From an uncultured Bacilli bacterium (GTDB lineage: Bacteria > Bacillota_I > Bacilli_A > RF39 > UBA660), in NCBI GenBank assembly GCA_947589735.1, contig CANQCR010000006.1:6161-70160 (forward strand): a stretch of DNA of 64,000 nucleotides, given 5' to 3'. The notes beneath the pieces were generated by a model, which was not told where the DNA came from, did not search any database, and saw only the letters and a list, made by a program, of their open reading frames with translations. This document shows, piece by piece, positions 12,704-22,368 of the stretch. Position numbers and translations under genes: made by a program. Positions within the stretch are counted from its first letter, which is position 1. Every line of letters starts with the position of its first letter.

Positions 12704-13288
12704 TCAATAACTTTGACAATCAATTATGTAAAATCCTTTACTGCGATTTATAATGTTAACCTTATATATTTCTTCTAACTTTTTAGCTAAGGTTTTAGCC
12801 CCCTGGTCTTTATGAATAACAAAGATTAAATGACCATTTAAAGTTAAGTGATCTTTAGCCTCAAACAATATCTTATATAATGTTTCTTTACCAACTCGAA
12901 TAGGTGGATTAGTAATAATATAGTTATACTCACCCCTAACATTATCATAGATATTGCTCGCATAGATATTAACGTCAACATGATTTAATTTAGCATTTTT
13001 AGCACTTAACGAAAGCGCTCTTTTGTTAATGTCAACCATATCAACTTGCTTTTGGTGATGGGCAAGATAAATACCAATCGGTCCATAGCCACATCCAAAA
13101 TCTAAAACATTACCATCAATATTATCTAAATTAAGTGATTCTAGTAATGTTCTCGTTCCATAATCAAGCCCCTTTTTTGAAAAAACATCATTGTCCGTAA
13201 AAAAGGAAAAAGGTTCATCATTAATCAAAACCTTAATCATTTTTTCGGCACTTTTAGATGTCGGCTCTATATCAAAATAATGTGCCAT
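12704..13288 (-). CDS. class I SAM-dependent methyltransferase (RsmC/YbxB-like)
   Basis: VLDFGCGYGPIG SAM-binding motif and ITNPPIRVGK (NPP motif). Sits in the position of B. subtilis ybxB, between rplL and rpoB. Confidence 0.8.
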   Translation of the reverse strand: MAHYFDIEPTSKSAEKMIKVLINDEPFSFFTDNDVFSKKGLDYGTRTLLESLNLDNIDGNVLDFGCGYGPIGIYLAHHQKQVDMVDINKRALSLSAKNAKLNHVDVNIYASNIYDNVRGEYNYIITNPPIRVGKETLYKILFEAKDHLTLNGHLIFVIHKDQGAKTLAKKLEEIYKVNIINRSKGFYIIDCQSY

Positions 13289-13370
13289 AAAGCCTCCTAC
13301 TATCTATTCCATAAGACGCCGAAAGCCCATACCAGTAAAACTAGTATAGGCTATTCGCTTCATTACTCAA

Positions 13371-13748
13371 TTATTTGCATTCAACTTCTGCGCCAGCTTC
13401 AACGAATTTAGCTTTTAATTCTTCAGCTTCAGCTGCAGCAACTTTTTCTTTAATGACACCACCGTTATCAGCAATAGCTTTAGCTTCTCCTAAACCTAAT
13501 CCTGTAACTTCTTTAATTAACTTAATAACATTAATCTTGTTCGTACCAGCATTAACTAATACAAAGTCAACTTCGCTTGGTCCTTCATCAGCACCAGCAG
13601 CAGCACCTTGTTGTGCTGGAACTTGGGCAGCTACTGCAGATGGATCTACACCAAACTCTTCTTTCATTAAATCTACTACTTCTTTAATTTCTAAAAGTGT
13701 CATTTCTTTTAAAGAATCAATAATTTCTTGGGCACTTAATTTTGCCAT
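13371..13748 (-). CDS. rplL: 50S ribosomal protein L7/L12
   Basis: 125 aa with an Ala-rich hinge and a C-terminal KAKFVEAGAEVECK. Follows rplJ. Confidence 0.97.
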   Translation of the reverse strand: MAKLSAQEIIDSLKEMTLLEIKEVVDLMKEEFGVDPSAVAAQVPAQQGAAAGADEGPSEVDFVLVNAGTNKINVIKLIKEVTGLGLGEAKAIADNGGVIKEKVAAAEAEELKAKFVEAGAEVECK

Positions 13749-13780
13749 AATCTCTTCCTCCTTTATATTTTATTATTATT

Positions 13781-14275
13781 TTATTCTTGTTCTAAATCTT
13801 TAGCATGTAAGTCTAAGCAGATTGCAAAGTCTCTTACAATACCCATTAAACCACCAGCAAACATTGTAAGTAATCCATCTCGTGATGGGATAGTTGCTAG
13901 TTTCTTTAAGGTTGCTAAATCTGTAATTTGTCCGTCAACGATACCAACTTTCATCTCTAAGTTTGGATGTGACTCAATGAATTTACTAACAGCCTTAATT
14001 GGTTCAACAACATCTTTACCGAAAGCAATAACTTTAGGTCCATTTAATTCATCTTTTAAATCGATATCCAATGTTTCTAAAGCTCGTTCTACTAAAGTGT
14101 TTTTATAAACCTTCAACTCAGAATCACTTTCTCTTAAGCTTCTTCTTAATTCCATTGTTTCACTAACAGTCAAACCATGGTTTTCAAGAAAAATGAAAGC
14201 ATGTGACTCTTGAACGTTCTTAGCGATTTCATCGATAACTTGTTGTTTTTGTTCAAGTATTTTTTGATTAGCCAT
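13781..14275 (-). CDS. rplJ: 50S ribosomal protein L10
   Basis: 164 aa, typical L10 sequence, lying between rplA and rplL. Confidence 0.96.
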   Translation of the reverse strand: MANQKILEQKQQVIDEIAKNVQESHAFIFLENHGLTVSETMELRRSLRESDSELKVYKNTLVERALETLDIDLKDELNGPKVIAFGKDVVEPIKAVSKFIESHPNLEMKVGIVDGQITDLATLKKLATIPSRDGLLTMFAGGLMGIVRDFAICLDLHAKDLEQE

Positions 14276-14440
14276 ATCACACCTCCTAACTAAATAATAC
14301 CGTTTAAAAAAGTCTCTACTACACCGTAATAGAGACTTAAGAGTTTCTTTATCTTTAGCTCCTCGGTAGGATAATTAAGGTTTCCCCCCTACTGTCTACG
14401 GTACTTGCTTCACGCACTATATTATAACATACTAATTTTT
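14276..14440 (-). promoter_or_regulatory. putative L10 (rplJ) leader with intrinsic attenuator hairpin
   Basis: 180-nt untranslated gap upstream of rplJ. Hairpin AAGTCTCTA/TAGAGACTT at 14310-14338 is followed by a T run on the minus strand, just before the rplJ SD AGGAGGTG. L10 leaders acting by attenuation are known in Bacillota. Confidence 0.45.
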
Positions 14441-14457
14441 ATTTGTAAATATTAAAA

Positions 14458-15153
14458 TTAAGCTTCGTAAGCACTTGGATCAATTTTAATACCAGGACCC
14501 ATTGTTGTTGAGATTGAAATGTTTTTAATATATTTACCTTTAACAACAGATGGTTTTGTTTTAATAATTAAAGATATGAAAGCATTTAGGTTCTCAGCTA
14601 ACTTAGAAGCATCAAATGATACTTTACCAATAGCTACAGCAACATTACCAAAGCTATCAGTACGATATTCAACACGACCTTTTTTAACATCTTCAACCGC
14701 TCTTTTGGTATCCATTGTAACAGTTCCTGTTTTAGGATTTGGCATTAAACCACGTGGACCTAAAACGCGTCCAATCTTACCTAGAGCAGGCATCATATCT
14801 GGTGTTGCAATCATCGTATCAAAATCAAACCAGTTTTCTTTTTCAATCTTTTCAATCATATCAACATCGCCAACATAATCAGCACCAGCTTCTTTAGCTT
14901 GACTAGCAGCTTCACCTTTAGCGATAACTAATACTCTTTTAGTTTTACCAATACCATTTGGTAAAACCGTAGCGCCACGTAATTGTTGATCAGCTTTTTT
15001 CGTATCAAGATTTAATCTTAAAACTAATTCAACGGATTCATCAAATTTAGCAACGCTTGTTTCTTTAACTAATGTCGTTGCTTCTAAAGCTGTATATAAT
15101 TTACCTTTTTCAACTTTGGAAGCAGCTTCCGTATATTTTTTTCCTCTTTTCAT
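14458..15153 (-). CDS. rplA: 50S ribosomal protein L1
   Basis: Start moved to the ATG at 15153 ([10 protein letters not shown]) after AAGGAGGAAAAT. Typical L1 sequence. Confidence 0.96.
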   Translation of the reverse strand: MKRGKKYTEAASKVEKGKLYTALEATTLVKETSVAKFDESVELVLRLNLDTKKADQQLRGATVLPNGIGKTKRVLVIAKGEAASQAKEAGADYVGDVDMIEKIEKENWFDFDTMIATPDMMPALGKIGRVLGPRGLMPNPKTGTVTMDTKRAVEDVKKGRVEYRTDSFGNVAVAIGKVSFDASKLAENLNAFISLIIKTKPSVVKGKYIKNISISTTMGPGIKIDPSAYEA

Positions 15154-15223
15154 ATTTTCCTCCTTGTGTGGTATACGCGGATAATTTAATTCCTCCCACA
15201 TGGGAATTTTTATTTATAATTAA

Positions 15224-15646
15224 TTATTCTTCTACTTCAACGCCCATATTGATAGCTGTACCTTCAACAATTTTCATTGCATCTTCAACTGTATAGCAGT
15301 TTAGATCTGGTAATTTAATCTCAGCTATTTCACGAACTTGAGCCTTAGTTAATTTTCCTACTTTTTCGTTTTTACCCTTAGTAGAACCTTTCTTGATGTT
15401 ACCAACTTTCTTAATTAAGAATGGTGTTGGTGGAGTCTTAATTACAAAGGTGAATGTTCTATCATCCATGATAGTTATTTCAACTGGTAATATATCTCCC
15501 ATCTTATCTTTTGTTGCATCGTTATACTTTGTACAAAACTCTTGTAAATTGATTCCTGCTGGACCTAAAACTGTACCAACTGGTGGAGCTGGTGTAGCTT
15601 TACCGGCAGGGATTTGTAACTTAATTGTTTTAACTACTTGTGCCAC
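15224..15646 (-). CDS. rplK: 50S ribosomal protein L11
   Basis: GTG at 15646 after AGGAGGTG. Contains IKLQIPAGKATPAPPVGTVLGPAGIN, the hallmark of L11. Confidence 0.96.
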   Translation of the reverse strand: MAQVVKTIKLQIPAGKATPAPPVGTVLGPAGINLQEFCTKYNDATKDKMGDILPVEITIMDDRTFTFVIKTPPTPFLIKKVGNIKKGSTKGKNEKVGKLTKAQVREIAEIKLPDLNCYTVEDAMKIVEGTAINMGVEVEE

Positions 15647-15778
15647 GAAAAACACCTCCTATATCATTTTTTCGCCGTGGTTCAAATGACATCCGCAAAT
15701 CTTTTATCTCCCACAAATCTATATTTAATGAAATATAGCGAATTAATAATAACATAAAATAATTTATTTGTAAATATC

Positions 15779-16315
15779 TTAATTCGTTTTCTCTATTTCA
15801 CTAAATGCAACTTCAACAACGGTTTCTTGGCCAAACAAATCAAGAATAACTTCTAATTTTTGACCAGCCATATCAATTGTTTTAACTTTACCAAACATAT
15901 TGGCAAAAGCACCGCTGATAACTTTGATGGTATCGCCCTCTTTTAGTTCGTTAGCAACATCAAGACGGCTCATACCCATACTACTTAAAATATTGTCGAC
16001 TTCTTTTGGTGTTAATGGAAAAGGTTTAGCTCCTTTACCACTTGATCCGATAAATCCTGTAACACCTGGCGTATTACGAACGACAAACCATGCTTCGTCA
16101 GTCATAATCATTTCTACTAGGATGTAACCAGGAAACATCTTTGTAACTTTTTCTTTTGCAACTCCATCTTTATATTCAATTTGTTTTTGTTCAGGAACGA
16201 CAACTCTAAAAATGTAGTCTTCCATACCCATTGATGAAGCACGCATCTCTAATTTTTCTTTAACCTTATTCTCGTGTCCTGAATAAGTATTAACAACATA
16301 CCATTCTTTTTCCAT
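15779..16315 (-). CDS. nusG: transcription termination/antitermination factor NusG
   Basis: KEWYVVNTYSGHENKVKEKLE N-terminus and a C-terminal KOW region. Conserved secE-nusG-rplK order. Confidence 0.95.
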   Translation of the reverse strand: MEKEWYVVNTYSGHENKVKEKLEMRASSMGMEDYIFRVVVPEQKQIEYKDGVAKEKVTKMFPGYILVEMIMTDEAWFVVRNTPGVTGFIGSSGKGAKPFPLTPKEVDNILSSMGMSRLDVANELKEGDTIKVISGAFANMFGKVKTIDMAGQKLEVILDLFGQETVVEVAFSEIEKTN

Positions 16316-16503
16316 TAGCCAATCACCGTTCTAATAACACTTAAAATAGCATCAGATAATGAGAAGAAAGCCATAAAGATAATAACGAAAGAAATAGTAG
16401 CAACAGAATAAGTTGCCAAATCTTTCTTTCCTAGCCATCTAACTTTCTTTAGTTCTTTTTTGACACTAATAACAAATCTTGCTAATTTTTTCATTTTTTC
16501 CAC
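16315..16503 (-). CDS. secE: preprotein translocase subunit SecE
   Basis: 62 aa with a basic N-terminus (KKELKKVRW) and a single TM helix. Overlaps the nusG start by 1 nt. Confidence 0.9.
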   Translation of the reverse strand: MEKMKKLARFVISVKKELKKVRWLGKKDLATYSVATISFVIIFMAFFSLSDAILSVIRTVIG

Positions 16504-16633
16504 CTACTTTTTTCGTCGCTTATTTTTTCAAAATAAAAACACGTCTCTGTGTCTAGATATAAAATAGCATATCTTATATTTAAAGTCAAGATTTATTCGT
16601 GTTTTTATGATGATTTTCTTTATATTTTATACG

Positions 16634-17386
16634 CTAACCAATTTTTCGTTTTTGAATATTATAGATAACCTTAAGTTTTAACTTCCGTGTGCCTAATTTA
16701 GATAATATGTAAGCTAGTTTCATTTGCACACCAGGAATAATAACTAATTTTTTCTTAAACATCTTCTTAACGGCATAATGCGCTACATATTCACTAGACA
16801 TGCTTGGTACTTTAAACTCAACTTTAGCCACCTTATTAAACTCAGTATCAACGGGTCCTGGGCATAAAGCACTGACATGAACATGACTTTTAGCGCGCCT
16901 TAACTCTTCATATATAGCCGTGGTTAGATTTAAAACATAGACCTTAGTAGCATAATAGCTTGCCATTAAAGGTCCAGCTTGAAAAGCAGCTGAGGATGCG
17001 ACATTTAAAATATAGCCCTTATCTTTTTTCTTGAAATCTTGTAAAAATAATTTTGTTAAGGTATGAACAGCTTTAATATTTAGATCGATCATATCCATTT
17101 CTTTTTCTAATTTTGTCTCGGTAAATGCGCCACACATACCAAAGCCAGCATTATTGACTAAGATATCAATGTCTTCATCTTTTAGTTCTTCATATAATTT
17201 AACACAATTAAACGTACTTGATAAGTCACTTGCAATAATCTTAACATTAGTAGGTAGTTCTTTCTTTAAACGCTCTAAACGTGTCTTTCTTCTTGCCACG
17301 ATAATTAAATCGTATCCCATCGCACTTAACTCTCTTGCGATATCACAACCAATACCAGATGAAGCACCGGTAATTAATGCTTTCAT
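16634..17386 (-). CDS. SDR-family short-chain dehydrogenase/reductase
   Basis: TGASSGIG cofactor motif, NNAG, and the YATKVY (YxxxK) catalytic motif. Confidence 0.85.
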   Translation of the reverse strand: MKALITGASSGIGCDIARELSAMGYDLIIVARRKTRLERLKKELPTNVKIIASDLSSTFNCVKLYEELKDEDIDILVNNAGFGMCGAFTETKLEKEMDMIDLNIKAVHTLTKLFLQDFKKKDKGYILNVASSAAFQAGPLMASYYATKVYVLNLTTAIYEELRRAKSHVHVSALCPGPVDTEFNKVAKVEFKVPSMSSEYVAHYAVKKMFKKKLVIIPGVQMKLAYILSKLGTRKLKLKVIYNIQKRKIG

Positions 17387-17466
17387 ATTATCACCCTATT
17401 TTCATTATATCCATTTATTTTTTTTAATGCAAGAAAATAGCAAAAAAATAATATATTTTTCATATA

Positions 17467-18081
17467 TTATTTTTCATCATTATATTTACGAATTTCTTCT
17501 TTGACTTTACCTTTTATTCTTTGAATAGCATTATCAACTTGTTTAGGCTCTTTATCTAAAATAGCGGCAATCTCACGATAATTAAAATAAGATAGCATCA
17601 AATCAAAAACTTGATCTTCAAAATCCGTTAATTTCTTTTTGACTAAGTTAATAATATCTTCGGTTTCATTTTCATCGATGACAATATTTTCGGGATTGGT
17701 TGTTTCATCTTTTAAAAAGTAATCGAGCATTCCATCTTCTTCGGTATCAAAAGAGATAGATTCATTTAAGTTTTTATGTTTCAATCTTTTAGCGGAAACA
17801 ATAACACTAATAAGTCTTCTTTCAATACATGTTTTAGCGTAAGTATAAAAAGTAATATCTTTTTGTTCGTTAAAGTAGCCGATAGCGTGGTTAAGACCAA
17901 TCATCCCCTCTTGGACTAAATCACTTTTCTCAAGGCCAAGATATGGACAAGATTTCAAAAGACGGGTCGCTAAAGAACTAATAAGTGGTTCATATTTTTT
18001 TATTATGATATTATTGGCTTCTTCGTTATTTTCATTAATATAGGAAATTAATTCATAATCATTCATATCTTCGTATGGCAT
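17467..18081 (-). CDS. sigma-70 family RNA polymerase sigma factor, SigH-like by synteny
   Basis: Region 2 (FYTYAKTCIERRLIS) and region 4 HTH (YREIAAILDKEPKQVDNAIQRIKGKV). Occupies the mrnC-rlmB-sigH position seen in Bacillus. Confidence 0.7.
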   Translation of the reverse strand: MPYEDMNDYELISYINENNEEANNIIIKKYEPLISSLATRLLKSCPYLGLEKSDLVQEGMIGLNHAIGYFNEQKDITFYTYAKTCIERRLISVIVSAKRLKHKNLNESISFDTEEDGMLDYFLKDETTNPENIVIDENETEDIINLVKKKLTDFEDQVFDLMLSYFNYREIAAILDKEPKQVDNAIQRIKGKVKEEIRKYNDEK

Positions 18082-18777
18082 TTAACTTCTTCCTTTGATA
18101 GCTTCAAAAATAACGATACCGGTTGCGACCGATGCATTTAAGCTATTAACATGTCCTTTCATCGGAATACTGGCAATAAAATCACAATTTTCTTGAACCA
18201 AACGACTCATACCTTCACCTTCATTACCACAGACAATTGCACATTTACCACGGTAATCAATCTTCGTATAATCCGTGCCATCCATATCCGTTCCTACAAT
18301 CCAAAAGCCATCTTTCTTTAATTTTTTAATAACATTAACAATATTGCTAACTTCGACAATCTTCATTCTTTCTGCTGTTCCCACACTCGTTTTTAAAACC
18401 GTCCCATTAACCGATACCGAACGGTCTTTAGGAATGATGATACCATCTACCCCAGCAGCTTCACAAGTTCTAATAATGGCCCCTAAATTATGGGGATCAA
18501 CAATATGATCTAAAATAACGAGTAACGGATTTTCATTTACTAAAACATCATCTAAAGAAGCATACTGATAATCAGGAATATCTAAAATAATTCCTTGATG
18601 TAAACCAGGTACTTTTTTATCTAATTCTACTTTAGGTAATTCTTTAACTGGAATATGCTTTCTATTAATTTTATCCAATAGTTCTTTTTCTTTAAAATTA
18701 TACATAACGAAAACTTGATTTATTTTTTTATTATCATCTAACATTTCGTTAGCCACATTTTTGCCATAGACGTACAC
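18082..18777 (-). CDS. rlmB: TrmH/SpoU-family 23S rRNA 2'-O-methyltransferase (RlmB/YacO-like)
   Basis: SpoU motifs NLGAIIRTCEAAGVDGIIIP, IVCGNEGEGMS and SLNASVATGI. Follows mrnC. Confidence 0.85.
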   Translation of the reverse strand: MYVYGKNVANEMLDDNKKINQVFVMYNFKEKELLDKINRKHIPVKELPKVELDKKVPGLHQGIILDIPDYQYASLDDVLVNENPLLVILDHIVDPHNLGAIIRTCEAAGVDGIIIPKDRSVSVNGTVLKTSVGTAERMKIVEVSNIVNVIKKLKKDGFWIVGTDMDGTDYTKIDYRGKCAIVCGNEGEGMSRLVQENCDFIASIPMKGHVNSLNASVATGIVIFEAIKGRS

Positions 18778-18781
18778 TTCA

Positions 18782-19159
18782 TCACTCTCCTATGTTAAAA
18801 ATATAATTCATAATTTCATCAAGACGTTGCCGTCGATTGCTTAAATATAAAAAGCCCATTAAAGCTTCAAAGCCCGTCGCATATTTATAAGTTATAATAT
18901 CCGTACTTTTAGGACGATGTTGCACTTTATGATTACGAGCTCGCATAACGATATTTACCTCTTCATCCGTTAGAACATTATCACTGATAAGTTTTTGTAA
19001 ATATCTAGCTTGCCCTTTGGCACTTACATATTTTGTTGCTTCTTTTTGTAAGTCATTAACTTTAGCAATCTTTTTACTAATTAAATATTCTCTAATGTAT
19101 ACTTCGTAAATAGCATCCCCAAGATAAGCAAGGGTTAAAGAATTAATATCACTATTCAT
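18782..19159 (-). CDS. mrnC: mini-ribonuclease III
   Basis: 125 aa. LAYLGDAIYEVYIREYL RNase III-like signature and ATGFEALMGFLYL. Confidence 0.88.
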   Translation of the reverse strand: MNSDINSLTLAYLGDAIYEVYIREYLISKKIAKVNDLQKEATKYVSAKGQARYLQKLISDNVLTDEEVNIVMRARNHKVQHRPKSTDIITYKYATGFEALMGFLYLSNRRQRLDEIMNYIFNIGE

Positions 19160-20021
19160 TTTCCCACCTATCGAATGTTATCCCTTTAATAATACCATCT
19201 TTGATATCATTAATCACAATTGCGTATACTTTATCATAATCAACTAATCCACCCCGCATAAGGCATCCCCGTCTTTTACCGATGGCATCTAAAACGTCAA
19301 CATAATTTTCTTCTGTAATATCATTAACACCATAACGTTCTTTTAATTTTGAAGGATAATATTTATCTAAAGTTTTTAAGATATATAAAACAACTTCATC
19401 AACTGGTAAGACTTCTTCTTTAATAGCTGTTAGCGAAGCTAAATTGTAGGCTACTTTTTCTTCATCTAATTTAGGCCATAAGATGCCAGGTGAATCTAAT
19501 AGTTCCAAATCATCACTAACCCGAATCCAATTTAATTGTTTCGTCACCCCAGGTTTATTTCCCACATTTGATACTTTCTTACCAGCTAAACGATTAATAA
19601 GGGTTGATTTGCCAACATTAGGGATTCCTACGACTAGAACCCGTATTTTATCACGATTAACGCCCTTACTTAAAAGGCGCGCAAAAGCATCTTTAACTAA
19701 GGCTTCCGTTTGCGTTATTAAAGGTTTTAAATTAGGCTTATCTTCTAAGTTTAGCATTATTACCTTATAACCTTTATCCTCATAATGTTTTTGCCATTTT
19801 TGCGTTTCTTTATAATCACACAAATCACTTTTAGTCATAACTATGATGCGTGGCTTATCTTTAATATATTCATCGATATCTTTTATTTTAGATGAATATG
19901 GCATTCTAGCATCAATGACCTCGTATACGACATCAAAAAGATTTAAGTTTTCACTAATCAACCGTTTTGTTTTAGCCATATGACCTGGATACCAGTTAAT
20001 GTTTGTTTTATTTTCATTCAT
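19152..20021 (-). CDS. rbgA: ribosome biogenesis GTPase A (YlqF)
   Basis: NINWYPGHMAKTKR N-terminus, circularly permuted GTPase motifs (MTKSDL, then GIPNVGKSTLINRL). ATG at 20021 preferred (GGTGAT SD). Confidence 0.9.
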   Translation of the reverse strand: MNENKTNINWYPGHMAKTKRLISENLNLFDVVYEVIDARMPYSSKIKDIDEYIKDKPRIIVMTKSDLCDYKETQKWQKHYEDKGYKVIMLNLEDKPNLKPLITQTEALVKDAFARLLSKGVNRDKIRVLVVGIPNVGKSTLINRLAGKKVSNVGNKPGVTKQLNWIRVSDDLELLDSPGILWPKLDEEKVAYNLASLTAIKEEVLPVDEVVLYILKTLDKYYPSKLKERYGVNDITEENYVDVLDAIGKRRGCLMRGGLVDYDKVYAIVINDIKDGIIKGITFDRWENE

Positions 20022-21042
20022 TTTTATCACCACTATCTTTACTTTCTTTTAGATATTTATTGTAAAATTCATCCATCGAAGATATATATTTTTGATCTTG
20101 AATTAACCTATATTTTTCATATTCGTTCTCAGCTTTATCTACTGCCTTTTTATGGGTGATTTTGCCAGAATGGGTCAAAATGTTTTTTTCTCTAAATTTT
20201 AATAATTTATCCGTTGCATTTATCCAGTCATTCATAGTCATAACTGTGTGTTCGTATGCCATATCTTCTGCATAATCTAAAAAGGCTATGGTTAAACGAT
20301 TTAACTTATTTAACTCTTCTTCAGTTAAATAGTTTTTAGCAATCGAAACATCATACTTATATATTAACCCATCCGGGCTATTTTTCCAATTAGTAAGGCC
20401 CATATTTTCTTTATTAGCATTAGCTCTTGTATAAATTAATTCAGCAGCAGTATGTCCACTTATCGCGTAATGCAATTTGTTTTGTACAACTTTAAAAAAT
20501 GTGTATGCTTCTTCAGCTTTTGGATTATAATCGGATGACGTCGCAATGAATAAATCAGTAATTTTTTGATAGGACATTCTTTCGCTTACTCTAATAGTTT
20601 TAATTCTTTCTAATAATTCATTAAAATATTGTGTGCTAAATTTATTTCCACTTATAAATCTCTCGTCATTTAAAGCAAAACCTTTTATCATATATTCTTT
20701 TAGTATTTTTGTGGCCCATATTCTAAATTCAGTTGCTTTTTTAGAATTAACTCGATAACCAACCGCAATTATAGCATCAAGATTATATATTTTTGTTTTA
20801 TAATTTTTACCATCTGAAGCAGTTATCGAGGAATCCTCGACAACTGACTTTTCATCAAGTTCGTTGTCTTTAAATATATTTTTTAAATGTAGGGATATGT
20901 TATCGGTAGAGCAATCAAAAACTTTAGACATTCCTTTTTGGGTAAGCCATAGAGTTTCATCTTTATAAATAGCATCAACAACAATATTGCCATCTTTATT
21001 TTTATATATTAATAGATTATTTTGCTCTTCTAATTCGTTCAT
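20014..21042 (-). CDS. RhuM-family protein, copy 1
   Basis: Full-length resemblance to the RhuM family (NLDAIIAVGYRVNSKKATEFRIWATKIL, NKENMGLTNWKNSP). Start at the ATG at 21042 after GGGAGATGAGACA. Stop overlaps the rbgA start. Confidence 0.8.
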   Translation of the reverse strand: MNELEEQNNLLIYKNKDGNIVVDAIYKDETLWLTQKGMSKVFDCSTDNISLHLKNIFKDNELDEKSVVEDSSITASDGKNYKTKIYNLDAIIAVGYRVNSKKATEFRIWATKILKEYMIKGFALNDERFISGNKFSTQYFNELLERIKTIRVSERMSYQKITDLFIATSSDYNPKAEEAYTFFKVVQNKLHYAISGHTAAELIYTRANANKENMGLTNWKNSPDGLIYKYDVSIAKNYLTEEELNKLNRLTIAFLDYAEDMAYEHTVMTMNDWINATDKLLKFREKNILTHSGKITHKKAVDKAENEYEKYRLIQDQKYISSMDEFYNKYLKESKDSGDKNE

Positions 21043-21284
21043 TGTCTCATCTCCCTTGAATATGTTTTTAAATGTTGTAATCACCTTTATAATTCTCATT
21101 ATAGAAAATAACCAAGTTGCTATAATCTCGCTAATTTTCCATATTTTTAAACCGTTTTAATAAAATTTTAAAAGATAAAAAGCAAAATTTTTCTTTTATT
21201 TATAAGGATTTACAGGTGTTCTTAATTAAATCGTAATCAATCAATTGATATCGCTTTTTAGGAACTTTTTATTTTCATTCATTT

Positions 21285-22310
21285 TTATTCGCCACTACTT
21301 TTACTTTCTTCCATTAACAAGTCAAAATCTGATTTATATAATTTGTCTTGTTTAACTCTATACTTTTCAAATTCTGTTAATGCTTTATCACAAGCAATTT
21401 CATGTGATATTTTTCCAGCATCTTTTAAAATATCTCTATCATCTGAAAGTAAAAATTTATCTATTCTTGTCGTCCAATCTTCCATTGTCATAGGTATGTT
21501 TCTTTTTGCTCTTGCTTCTGCCAAATCCAAAAATGCACTAACAATTCTTTCTAAATCTTGAACTTCTTCTTTTGATAGATAATTTTTTGCAATGATAACA
21601 TCTGATTCAAGTATTTTGCCATTTGGAGAATTTTTCCATGATGTTAAACCCATATTCTCCTTATTTGCATCTACCCTATCATATATTATTTCAGCAGCAG
21701 TTTGTTTTGAAACAGCATAGTGCATTTTGTTTTGAACTTTTTTAAAAAAGGCTATTGAAATAGGAGACTTAGGGTCATAGTCAATGCTTGTTGCATATAT
21801 ATCTGTTACTTTTTGATAAAATCTTCTTTCAGATGACCTTATTTCTCTTATTTCTTCAAGTAACTGTTCAAAATAATCTTGATTAATAAAAGATCCATTT
21901 TTCATTCTTTCTTTATCTAATACATAACCTTGAATCGTAAAAGTTCTTAAAACACTAGTAGCCCATCTTCTAAATTGAGTGGCCCTAATTGAATTTACTC
22001 GGTACCCTACAGAAATAATTGCATCTAAATTATAAAATTCAACACTTCTTCTAACCTGTCTTTTTCCTTCTAATTGAACCAATTCCATTTTGGAATAAGT
22101 TGAAGTTTTTTCAAGTTCTCCATCCGAATATATATTAATTAAATGTTTTGCAATTGCTGGCTGTTCTACATCAAATAATTCAGCCATAGCTTTTTGAGTC
22201 ATCCAAAGAGTTTCATTTTCATATTTTACTTGAATACCTTTATCTTTTTCTTGTACTTTAAAAGTAATAAACTCTTCAGCACTACTTCTAATCATTAAAT
22301 CTTTTGCCAT
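21285..22310 (-). CDS. RhuM-family protein, copy 2 (roughly half identical to copy 1 by eye)
   Basis: Same conserved blocks (NLDAIISVGYRVNSIRATQFRRWATSVL, NKENMGLTSWKNSP). ATG at 22310 after GAAGGGGGATG. Confidence 0.8.
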   Translation of the reverse strand: MAKDLMIRSSAEEFITFKVQEKDKGIQVKYENETLWMTQKAMAELFDVEQPAIAKHLINIYSDGELEKTSTYSKMELVQLEGKRQVRRSVEFYNLDAIISVGYRVNSIRATQFRRWATSVLRTFTIQGYVLDKERMKNGSFINQDYFEQLLEEIREIRSSERRFYQKVTDIYATSIDYDPKSPISIAFFKKVQNKMHYAVSKQTAAEIIYDRVDANKENMGLTSWKNSPNGKILESDVIIAKNYLSKEEVQDLERIVSAFLDLAEARAKRNIPMTMEDWTTRIDKFLLSDDRDILKDAGKISHEIACDKALTEFEKYRVKQDKLYKSDFDLLMEESKSSGE

Positions 22311-22368
22311 TTTCGCATCCCCCTTCATATGTTCTTAAATGTCGTAATCAACCAGTTGATAATCATTT

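Noticed and set aside
13375-15689. Plus-strand ORFs antisense to rplL, rplA and rplK: 13375..13803, 14519..14878, 15072..15296 and 15393..15689.
   Set aside because: They are mirror-frame ORFs opposite strongly supported ribosomal protein genes. Their Ser/Pro/Thr-rich translations are typical of antisense frames, and they have no start context.
16504-16633. Looked for rpmG (L33), which usually precedes secE, and for a gene between the SDR gene and secE.
   Set aside because: No ORF with the Cys/Lys-rich L33 pattern appears in any frame. The region holds only promoter-like and AT-rich sequence.
15900-19770. Antisense ORFs 15900..16127, 17154..17504, 18275..18508 and 19483..19770.
   Set aside because: Each lies fully or mostly within a well-supported minus-strand gene (nusG, SDR, rlmB, rbgA). 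None has an SD or a recognisable motif.
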